Assembly: GCA_016929445.1 (NCBI GenBank)
Contig: JAFGIU010000011.1
Span: forward strand, 43,068-107,067
Length of the DNA: 64,000 bases
Source of the DNA: Candidatus Omnitrophota bacterium
Lineage (GTDB): Bacteria; Omnitrophota; Gorgyraeia; JAFGIU01
Direction: 5' to 3'
The position numbers and the translations under genes are program-made. The notes beneath the pieces are model-generated. The model worked only from the letters and a program-made list of their open reading frames with translations, ran no database searches and was not told the DNA's origin. Positions 38,014 through 50,000 of the stretch are shown piece after piece. The stretch's first letter is position 1. Each line of letters opens with the position of its first letter.

Positions 38014-41000
38014 ATGCAATTCCACGCGCCTTGCAGGCCGCTCGCCTATTTTCTCTCCATCGTGTTGTGTCTCAATACTTCTCCTGTCCAAGCCGGACAA
38101 ATCATTCCAGACAGAAATACGGCCACTTCCTTAGAGACAGAAGGAAGAGTGACCGATGTCCGGACATCCACGATCCAAGGAGAGAACGCATTCAACTCTT
38201 TCCGCAAGTTTGACGTGTACCAAGACAACGTGGTCAACCTGCATCTTCCTGACGGGACTTCCAATCTTCTCAACCTGGTGCATTCCTATGCCACGCATAT
38301 TGACGGCGCTCTCAACTCCATCCAAGACGGTGCAATCGGTGGGAACGTGTTCTTTGCCAACCCGCATGGGATGGTGGTGGGAGAAACCGGGTCCATCAAT
38401 GTTGGTGCTTTAACAGCGATGACGCCCACGCCCCAATATATGCGGGACTTTTTTGATTCCCCGGGTAATCCCTCGGCAGCCGCAGTCAGCAGCCTGCTCA
38501 ACAGTACGGTCCCAATCAATGAAAATGCCTTAATTTCAGTGCAAGGTCAAATCCATGCAATCGGCGATATTGCGCTGCACGCCGGGAAGATCGCGAATAC
38601 GGGACTGATCCAATCCGCGGTCAACATGAGAGATATTCCCGAGGCGCCTGCACTTGCTATCCGGAACGGGGAAATCATCCTCTCAGCAGAGCAGGATGTG
38701 GTGAATGCCGGGATCATCCGGTCGGAGGGCGCAAATGAGGTGGACGGCGGCAAGATCCATATTCGCGCGGGCCGGGACATAAAGCTGGAGGATGCTTCCG
38801 CAGTTTCGGCAAGAGGCCGCGGCGGGAATTCAGACGGGGGGGAGGTCATCATCCTGGCTGACCGGGATGCAGAAATCCTCGGCACGGCACTTGTGGACGT
38901 GAGTGGCGGAGAGATCTCGGGGGATGGGGGCTTTGCCGAGTTCAGCGCTGAGGAGGTGGTCAATCTCAACGGGGGCATATTCCAGGCCGGGGCAACGGAT
39001 GGCGAAGGCGGCAATTTTTTGATTGATCCGGACATCCTCAATATCAACCAAATGCTTCTCAATAGTTCAGACGCCACGTACTTCAGCGGCGGGAACGGTT
39101 ATTTTGAGGCGGACGAGGTGATTAACATTGGCGCCAACACGACGATCTCCAGCCGGCAGATCGAGTGGATGAATCTCCGCAGCCGCCATTTGAGCGACCC
39201 GTCGATTGGGGATTCGGGCAATCTGACCTTTGCCGCGCCCGTGATCAATGTGGGCCGCGGGGCAAGAATTCTGGCCCATGTTTTGGAAGGGGACACCGAA
39301 CACGCTGCCGGCGATATTGCGTTTCTGGCCACGGACACGGATCGCCTTGGATTTGAGAAGAATGCTTACGCGGGCATCAGCATGGAGGACGCGGTTCTCA
39401 AGGGCAAAAATGTTGTTATATCAGCGCTGGCAGATACCTCCTTGCTCCCGGACATGCCGGATGACTCCCCATTGTCCTCTCCTGAAGCGATCGTGGACGC
39501 CATCTTTGATTTCACAGGAGATGCGGTGGTGACTCTCTCCGATGCCACGGCCCTGGTGGCCCTTTCCGGGGACACTCAAGTGGAGGCCAGCGGGAACGTG
39601 GCCATCAAGGCGGAAGCCATTTCGCGGGCCAACCCGCTGATGCCGGGCTATTTGCTGGGCTTTGCCTGGGGCGAATCGCATGCCACTGCCGAAGCCCTGC
39701 TGCAAGACGAGGTTGAAGTCAAGGCCGGCAATGCGGTGGAGTTAAGCGCGGCCACTGAGAATATGGTGAAGGTGACGGCGCGTTCTCATGCCAAAAACAA
39801 ACCCGTGGATGTCACTTTTGTGAAAGCCGAAACCACTGCCGAGACCACGGCGTCCATCGCCGAAGGAGTGACGGTGGAGGCCGGTTTGGGAGGAGTGAAG
39901 GTGGTGGCGACCACGATGAATGATGTGACTGCTACAGCCGAGGCAGTTGAAGTGGGGGCGAGCTCGGCCGGCATTGCCGTGGCGGTTAATGAACTCACCA
40001 CCCATACCAATGCCTTGGTGGCGGGACAGGTGTTTTCCGAAGGAAATATTGAAATCCGCGCGGATGCCGAAACTAAAAATAACCTGACCGAGGCTCACGC
40101 ATCCTCGCTCGGCGATACGGAATCCATCGGCACGCAGTTGAACAATGTCATTAGCGGTGCCAAGAACAAGGTTGCCTCTAAAGTTATCGGTAAGCGAGGG
40201 GCTGATTTCTTCTTTCCCGGCATCAAATCAGGCAAACTCAACTTTGCCGGATCGGTCGCCTATTGTGACAGTACCAACAACGCCAATGCCTCTATTCAGG
40301 GGACCCCTTCCGATCCTGCCCAGGTGGAAGCCCGGGGGAACCTTCTTCTCCAAGCAGCGATTGAAGACAATATGAATATCCACTCTACAGCCAAGACCAG
40401 CTCCGACAAGGTGGCTTTGGGCGGGGCCGTGGTCTTCGGGGGCTATGAAAACAATGCGAATGCGTTTATCGGCCCGGACTCCAAAGTGAATGTGCGGGGG
40501 TTGTTGGCTCTGGATGCCCAGACTGAGGTGCCGTATCCCTGGGAGGTGGATTTCAGCTCTTTTGATGAAGTGATCGAGCATCTTGCGGGGGGTCTGGAAA
40601 ATCTTTTGCTGACTTCTTATGCATTCAATTCCAGTAAAGGGAAGGAATACAGCCTGGCAGGGGCAGTCAATCTCTTTGACTTGGACAACACCTCCAATGC
40701 CTATATTGATGCAGGGGCTTTGGTCAATTCCGACCCCGGCTATGCCGGTAGCGAACAAGCGGTTTCCCTCTATGCGCATAACGACATCAATAGCCTGAAT
40801 TTGGTGGGAATGTGGTCCAGCAAAGTTTTGTTTGGGAGCACGCCCAAAGCGGCTTTGGGAGGATCGTACAATCAGCTCAATACCACCGCCTCAGCCAATG
40901 CCTATATCAATGAAGACGCCGAAGTGAGCGCGAGCGGGGATATTGTCGTGGGCGCAGACTCTCAGCAGAATACGGTTACCGTCACCATGGCCGGGGGAAC

Positions 41001-44000
41001 TGCGGCTAAGGTGGGTGTGGAAGGGGCTCTTTCCAACTGTGATGTGAAGAACACGGCGACTGCCGTCATTGACGATGATGCCGCGATTTCTGCCGGCCAC
41101 GATCTCCTGATCAGCGCCGACGGAGATGTGGATCACCTGAATATAACCGGGGGAGTGGTTAAGGCGCAGAACGTGGGTATCGGGGCCTCTGTCTCGATCA
41201 ATGATGTCACCAGTACGGTGATGGCCGGTATTTCGGATCGAAACACTGAGGCGGTTCCTTTTACAGACAATACCCTGAGCGCCGGCAACCGGGTGACTGT
41301 GACCGCTACTGCGGACAATCAGATCGGGGCGTATTCCTTGGCCGGGACTCTGGCCACAGGGGGCTCCTCAGAGCCGCCGGCCGACGGCGAGGAAAACAAA
41401 GACTCAGGTAAGGGAAAGTACGGCATTGCGGTTTCCGGGGATGTGTCCCTTAATGCGGTGGACGCCGACACTTTGGCTTTTGTCAAAGACGGGGCGGGGC
41501 TTTCTTCGGGTTCCGATACGGGGCTCAGCTCCACGAGCACCTCGGGTATTAGTGCTATTGCCGGATCGGTTGCCATTGCCACGGCCTCGGGCAAATCCTT
41601 GGGCATTGCCGGCTCTTATGCCCAGAACGACTTGACGAACGACACGATGTCCTTTGCAGAAAACGCGACTCTGGACGTGACCGGGGATCTGGGTTTGAGT
41701 GCCACCTCCAGCGGGCAGGTCAAGGCAATCACTGCGGGCGGCGCCGGAGCAGGTAAAGCCGCGGTTGCGGGGGCCGTATCCATGAACGAGATCTCCAATC
41801 GCACGCTTAGCTTTCTAAATGACTCCGCGGTGAATCAGGCGGGCCGACTCGTCCTGAACTCCTTCGACAATTCCCTCACTCATGTCATTGCCGGCGCGCT
41901 CAGTTATGGAGGCAAGGCCGGGATCGGCGCCTCCGTTACTCTCAACGATATGGACAATGTCACTCAATCCTATCTCAAGGACTCTGATGTGGAAGCGGAA
42001 GAAGACATCAGTTTAGAGGCCGCCAATGACAACGAAATCAAGTCAGTGGCCGCGGCCCTGGGCGCAAGCCAGGAAATTGCCGCGTCCGCCTCGGTTTCGA
42101 CCAATGAGATCGCCAATGAGGCAGCAGCCTATATCAGCGGCAACAAGAGTAGCGAAGGCATCCGGGCATCCAAAAATATTGCATTATCAGCCAAGGATAG
42201 CTCCGACATTCTGGTGGTGACAGGTGAACTGAGCGGTTCTACGGGTGCGGCCGGCATCGGTGGTTCGGTTTCGCTCAATGATATTGACAACAAGCTCAAG
42301 GCCTACGTCGAGAACGCGCGGGTGGAGGCCAAAGTCAGTGACCCGGCTACTGCGGATCCGGCGCTATCCGGCAATCTCTTATTGGCTGCGGTGTCTGATG
42401 CTAAGATCCTGGCCATTGCCGCGGGCGGAACCGGGGCCTCCAAGGTGGGGCTGGCCGGCACCGTGACTTTGAACGAAATCGCCAACACGGTAGATACGCA
42501 CATTTCGGGAGGCTCGGATATTGATGCGGCCAATGGCGTGGCTGTGAATGCATCAGATCTTTCGGAAATCCAGTCCTTGGCCGGGGCGGTTGTGGGCGCG
42601 GGCAAAGTTTCGGCCGGAGCCGCAGTAGCCACCAATGATATCGGAAACACGCTTAGCTCTTATATAGCAGGTTCGCAGGTCAGCACTTCGGTGGGCGATA
42701 TTGCCCTTTTGGCTCTCTCAAACGCCAAACTCAAAACGATCTCTGCTGCCGGGGCAGGTGCGGGTACCGCCTCGTTGGCCGGCGCGGTCACGCTCAACGA
42801 TATTGAGAACCAAGTGATTACAGGCATCGTGGACGAGACGGGAGTCCGTTCCGATGTGGACGCAGGGGGCAAAGTCGTTTTGGCATCCACAGACAGCTCG
42901 AGCCTGGACTCTTTGGCCGGTGTGGTGTCCGGGGCCGGGACTGCGAGCGCCGGAGCTTCGGTGGCCACGAACGACATCGGCAATACCCTGGAAACCTTGA
43001 TTCAAAATTCAGATGTGACTTCGAGTTCCGGTAGCGTGGAATTATCAGCCACCTCTTCGGTTTCTCTGAACTCCATTACTGCCGGGGCGACCGGAGCCGG
43101 GTCCTATAGCTTGGGCGGTTCGGTTTCGCTCAATGACATCCGGAACAAAGTCAAAGCCCATATTTCCAGCCAAGCGGATGTGAAGGCCCAGAAAGAACTG
43201 AAGTTGTCCGCAGGCGAGAGCTCGGTGATCAAATCGCTGGCCGGCACGGTTTCCGGGGCGGGCACAGCTTCTATCGGGGCGGCCGTGGCTACCAATGACA
43301 TCGGCAGCGAAATTCAATCGTATATCGACAACGCCGGTGCCGCTTCGCTGAGCGATAAGGTGGAACTGTCGGCCACCACGTCGTCTTTGATCAAGACCTT
43401 ATCCGCGGGTATTTCCGGGGCCGGTACGGCAACCATTACGGGGGCGGTTTCCCTAAATGACATCAGCAATAAAGTGAGTGCCTACATTGCCAATACACCG
43501 GGTGCAGGGCAGACCCCCACAGTCACGGCCCAAAAGAACGTGAACCTGACGGTTCAAGATACGTCGACTATTCAGTCTTTCTCCGGGCAGATCGGGGGAG
43601 CGGGGACCGCTGCCATCGGGGGTTCAGCCAGTTATAACGACATTAGCAACGAGCTTTTCGCCTACACAGAAAATGCCCACGTTCTCTCTAATGAAGACAA
43701 TGTGGCGCTGCTGTCTGATTCGGATTCGAGTATTACGGCGATCTCCGTTGGCGGGTCCGGAGGGGGCACCTTTGCAGCGGCCGGATCCGTGGCGATCAAT
43801 GAGGTGGAGAACAATGCGCAGGCCTTTCACAAGGGCTCGACTGTTGCGGCCGGGGACAACGTGACCGTGATTGCCCAGTCGGATATCGAAACAGGCATCT
43901 ACGGGGGCACCATATCGGGTGGAGGTGCGGCCGGCATCGGCGGTTCTGCAGCGGTGAATCTCATCGGCAATACCACCAAAGCCTTCATTAGCCAATCTTC

Positions 44001-47000
44001 GGACATATCCGCTAAGGGCATGGAGTCTGTGTTGGTGCCCAAGGCCGACAGCACTCAAGCTCAAGAAGCGGTTCAGGGCGTGGCCGTGGTTGCGCTGAAC
44101 CAGGAAGAGATCGATGCCTTTACCGCGAATCTATCCGGCGGGGGCACGGCCGGGTTAGCGGCCACTGTGTCGGTCACTCTGGTGGAGGATGACACGCAGG
44201 CCTTTGTGGACAATTCTTCCGTCAATTCAGACAACTCAGGGGCTGCGGACGATCAGAAAGTCCTGGTGCTTGCCTCAAATGTCACCAATACGGATGTGAA
44301 AGGCGGGGGAGTCGCTCTGGGAGGTGCCGCGGGTATCGGGGCCACTGCGGATATCACCCTCATCGACAACAACACCAAGGCCTATATCCGGAATTCCCCT
44401 GGGGTGCAGGCCAAGAAAGCAGTCGAGGTGAAATCCTATTCCCAGGAAGACGTCAACTCCGCTGTGGTGAGCGGTAGCGGAGCGGGAACTGCGGCAGTGG
44501 CCGGGTCTGTGGCAGTCATTGATGTGGATAGCGTGAACGAGGCTTTCATTAATAACTCCCAGGTGGAATCCGAAGGGGATCTCCGGGTGCTGGCCGAGAA
44601 CGAAGTGGAGCTGGATGTCACTGCGGGGAGCGTGTCCATTGGAGGCGTGGCCGGCGTGGGCGGCTCGGTGGTCGTGAGCAGCGTGGGCAACCGCACCACT
44701 GCGTACATTGCGGATTCCCAGACCGATGCCTTGGGAAGCACCGAGGTCCTGGCCAGGTCGGATGAGGATGTGACGACCTACGCAGCCAGCGGAAATTTGG
44801 GGGGCTACTTGGGTGCGGGCGGTTCGGTGATGGTCACGGGGATCGAGACCACGACTCAGGCTTATATCCATGAAGGCTCCGGGCAGACTCAGATCAATCA
44901 GTCTTCGGACGATGATGAACAGGATCTGAAGGTGAATGCGCTCAATACCTCCAAGGTCAACGACAACGCGGGCGTGGTTGCGGTCGGGGGATTGGCCGGG
45001 GTGGGCGCCTCGATTGATGTCACAACCCTCAAGAATACCGCAACCGCCTCCATCGGATCCGGCGCAAGTGTGCATGCGGGCCGCGATGTGGAAGTGAAGG
45101 CGGCATCCGTCAAGAATGTGGATACAGAAGTTCTGGCCTTTGGGGGCGGGGCCGTGGGAGTGCAAGGCGCAGTCGCCATCATCAATGTGGGCAGTGCCAT
45201 CTCGTCTGAGGGAACGGACGCAGCGGAGAACACGAGTTCGGCGGTGGACGATCAGATTGGCGGCTCTGCGGTGGAGGATCAGCTCGGGAGTTCTGATCTG
45301 GCCGCCTCGTCCCGCACCCGGGTGGATGCCCGGACCACCGCCCTTTCCGTTTCAGATCAATTCGATCCCAGCGCGGCAATGAATCAATCCACCACAGCCG
45401 CTATTGACGGGGCTGCGGTAAGCAGCCGCGGAAATATTTCAGTCGAGGCTTACGATGCGACCCGGGTGGATACCACCTCCGGCGCCGGAGCCCTGGGTAT
45501 TGCCGGGATTGGCGGGGCGGTCGGTGTGGTGAGTTTGGAAAATCGCACAAACGCCTATGTGCAAGACGCAAATCTGAGTGCGGGCGACACGGGCAATGTA
45601 CGTGTGCAGGCGAGCACAATGATTGTGGATTCCGATGTGGAAACAGGCGCCGGGGCCGCAGGCGCGGTGGGCTTGGGCGCGGCGGTTTCCTACATTGATT
45701 CTGAAAATCAAACCCTGGCTTATATCGGACCGAATACGGAGATCGATCATGCCGGGGATGTGCAAGTACTCTCCCAGACATCCTCGGATATCAATGCCGA
45801 GGCCTTTGGCGCGGCAGTGGGCGCCTTGGCCGCTGGGGTGGTTATTTCCGATGCGTCAGAGGCAAGCCAGACAAAGGCCTACTTGGACAGCAGTGCGCGG
45901 ATTGGAGATGCTGCCGATTCCTCCAAGGCGGTTCAGAATTTGAACATTCAGGCAAAAGGCGTTCATGGGGTACGAGCCCACTCGCAGGCAGCGGCGGGCG
46001 GCTTGTTGGCCGGAAACGGGGCCGATGCCACTGCCGAAGCCAAACCTGTGGTGCAAGCCTACATCACGGATGCTGCGGCAGGTAGCAGGACCTCACCCAA
46101 TATCGAACTGGATCAAGATATCCGAATCGGGGCCTATGAGATATCCGATGCCAAAGCCTATGCCGAGGGCGTTACCGTAGCCGCATTGGGAGCGGGAGTT
46201 TCGACTGCCGACGCGACTGTGGCTCCCTCTGTTTCCGCTTTCATCGGCAAGAACAATGTAATACAGGCCGGGGGCGATCTGCTTGTGGAGTCTTCCAATA
46301 ACTACGATGAGGAGGGGAATCTGGCGCAGTGGAGAGCCTATGCAGATGCCACGGCTTCTGCGGGCGCGCTCATTGGTGTGGCTTCTTCTGACGCCGAGGC
46401 CAAAGCCGTTCCGGTGGTACAGGCCTATGTGGGCGAAAACGCGAGTATCCAAGCGGGCGGAATGCTCGGAGTGTTAGCCAAGTCTTATGGAATAGCTGCT
46501 TCCCGGGTGAGCGGTTTCTGCGGCGGCCTGGCCGCCTATGGGTCCAATACCGGCTCCTCCTCGATAGCGAGCTCGGTCAATGCCCATTTGGCCAAGAACA
46601 TATCCGTAGAAGCCGGGAACGTACGGGTGGACGCTGCCAATGTGAATGATACCTATACCAATGCCCGGGCCGGCGCGGGGGGCTTGGTGGCCGGCGCCGC
46701 AGTGAAAGCACTGACTTTGCAGTCGAATACCACCCTAGCCTATATCGATACGAGCGATGAGGATAATGAGCAAAAGATACAAGCGCAGGAGGACGTGAAA
46801 GTAAATGCACAAGGGACTTCTATCTTAAATGCTAAAGCAGACTCCACTTCGGCCGGTGTGGTGGGTATGAGCGGAGGGACCATCCTCAACAGGGCTCAGT
46901 CCACCGTGAATTCGTTTATTGGGGCAAATAACTCCGTAAACGCGGGCCGGGACTTGCGGGTTCAGGCTATCAACTGGACCCGAAAAGACTATATAGGCAA

Positions 47001-50000
47001 TAACATTACAGCCGGGGCGGGTGGAGTATTCGGTGGTGCAGCAGGTACCAGCACTTCTTATCTGGACAATTTCACCTACGCGCACGTTAACGGAAATACT
47101 TCAGCGGGTTCAGCTCGGACTCTCAGTGCAGGAAGGGATTTGACCGTGTCCTCCGAAAACAATGTGTTGGCCTTTGACATGGGTAAATTTTCCTCAGGCG
47201 GCTTGGTTGCAGTTGCCGATGTGCATTCGAATATCTTCAACACCAATCTTGCCGAGACTTCTGTGGGAGAAAACTCAGACCTTCAGGCAGGGAATGATGT
47301 GAATGTAACCTCGCGTGCCATTGCCAACGTGGGCACCGTGACCAACACAAGCACCTGGGGTCTGGCCTCTTCGGGCGATGGCAAGGCCGAAGTCAAAGTC
47401 AAGATTGATAACAACACAAATATAGGGAAGAACGCCCGGATTCATGGGCATCAGGACGTGCACATCGGTGCCGGGGAGGGGCCGGATAATATCCAGAACT
47501 ATCTGATTGCCAAATCCGAGGCGCGCTCTTGGGTTTCCGGCGGTATTCCTCTCAGTGATGTGGTGGGTTATGCGACTCTGGAAGACTACAACGATATTGA
47601 CCTGGCAGAAGGATCCTATGTGAAGGCGAACCGGGATGTCACGCTCAATTCGCTGAGTGGTTTTACGTATGTACAGGGCTATGCCAGGGCCAAGAAGAAG
47701 ACCTATTTGCTCTTTGGAATTCCCATCACTATTTACAGCAACGGAACGCGCGGCACCTGGTATGAGCCCAAGGACAAAGATTACTCAGTCACAGTCAACG
47801 GCACGGTGGAAAGCGGCTTGGACCGGGAGAAGACGGTCTTCATTGATGAGAACGAGCAAATCACGGGAAATATCGGCTACAGCACGAGCATGATTAATCT
47901 GCTGGAAAGGCTGAATGCGAAGATTGATTTACTGGACGGGAAGATTCTGGAGATCGATCCGGAGAACAAGTACCCGAATCATCCGGAATCCGACCTCCTG
48001 GCAGCTCTGTATACGGAAAGAGATCACTTGGTGACCAAGCGGGCCGACTACGAAGGCTTGCCGGATGTCAGACTCATCACGATCGAGGACGCGGCCACTA
48101 GTGGGGGGCAGATCCTCATTAACGGCAACCTCAAGGGGAGCGGGAAGCTCATTGCTCCGGGCAATAACTTCAGAATCGGCATCATGAATGACTCCTTTGC
48201 CCATTTGCAGGTCAATAACCTCGAAATCCCTGAAGACAGTTCCGGCGAAATATTTCTCAATGGCCGCAGCATTATCAGCCACCCTACTGTGGAAATTGAT
48301 TTCGGAGAGAACCTGGGCCGCCGCATTGAGATTTTCAATTACGTGGACTTGGACGACCCGGATCGCGTGCCGGATCCGGATGCCGTGATTCCCTCGGATA
48401 TTGTCATTGACGGCGATCTCACGGCCTATGGCGGAAAAATTGAGATTATCAACAATTCGGGAAGCATTGCCACGGCCGGGGACATCAGTGCGGACGAGAT
48501 CGTAGTCAAGGCCAAACACGGCAGCTTCACCCATGAATACACCCCAGGCCTCTACCACGCGGGAACCGTGATGGTGGGCAACACCATCTATATCAGTGCC
48601 GAAATTCTGGACATCAACGGCACAATCCAGAGCGGGTTCCCGCATCGCTATATCACCATCCCGGCATTCAATCCGGACACGGACCTTATTACCCGCTATG
48701 GAGTGGAGAATGTGATTCCCACAATTGGGGATGAAAACACAGTGGCTGTGTGGGACGCAGAGAATGAGCGCATCAAACTCTTCCGCATTGGCTTTAGCGC
48801 GGGCACGATTGAGCTCTTTGGGGAAATCGTCAGTACGACGGGTGAAGGCCGGATCAAGTCCATGGACGGCTATGGGCAGATTGACATTGTGAATGACTCT
48901 GCCAGGGACCTGGTGGTCCATACGCTGGATTTGAGCGAGAGACTCACCGGAAAAGTAAAGATTACCGACACCGGAAAAAAGACACCGGAGAACTACCCCT
49001 TGACCACGATTTACACCACGGAAGACAACAATGTGTATGTGGAAACAGGCTATAAAGAGCGTTTTCCGGACGGCGCCTGGGAATGGCATCAAGTGGGCAC
49101 GGACACCCTGACAGGCACTAGAAATGCGGAATATGAGCCCTACGAGAACGCTGTGGTGGCTGAGTTCGACGACTGGGCTCTCTCTTACAAGGATGTGCAG
49201 GATAGCTGGACCCACTGGTGGGATGCCATCAAGATCAATGAGGACCGGGATGTGGTCTTCACCCTGGCCGTGGATGCAGTGACCAAGACCCAACTCTTGA
49301 ATAAGTACGGGGTCAAGGCCGATTACCCCATTGCCATTGAATTCACAGGTAATCCGGATCAAGGCGTCGTCAATATCACCAATACCGGAGCCTCGGATAT
49401 TTGGATTAATGGCTCCATTGAGAACCCCAGCGGACCTGTGAATATTTCAAACCAAGGAGGGAGTATCCTGGGTCTGAATTCGACTTTTGTAGTGCAAGGC
49501 GGAGATCTTGATTTCAGTGCGCCTTTGGGCTCGGTGGGTTCTGATGAGCAGGAGATTGTGATCGATACCACGGGAGGATCTCTTTCTGTGCTTGCGGACG
49601 GCATGGTTCGACTTCATGAGGAATCCGGGGATCTCCACATCAATTCCCTAATTACCAACGGAGATGTAGAGGTAGTGGCTGAAGGGTCGATTTGGGATAA
49701 GCCGGACCAGGTGGCGGGTGTGGTGGGCAAAGCCATTTCCTTGACTTCCCAAAACGGCGGAATCGGTACGTCCTCCAATGCTTTACTCATGGACTCGGAC
49801 GGAGTGGTAGGCGCCGAGGCCCAAGACAGTATTTATTTAGTGGAGCAACAGGGGGATCTCTTGCTTGAACAAATTATCTCCCACGAGGGCGACGTTGTTC
49901 TGGGGGTTGACGGCGGGGTGGAAGACTATCACTGGAACGAGGCCCTGGACGATGATACGGCCGAAGAATTGGGCGCCACTTGGGACGATTTGGAGTTGCA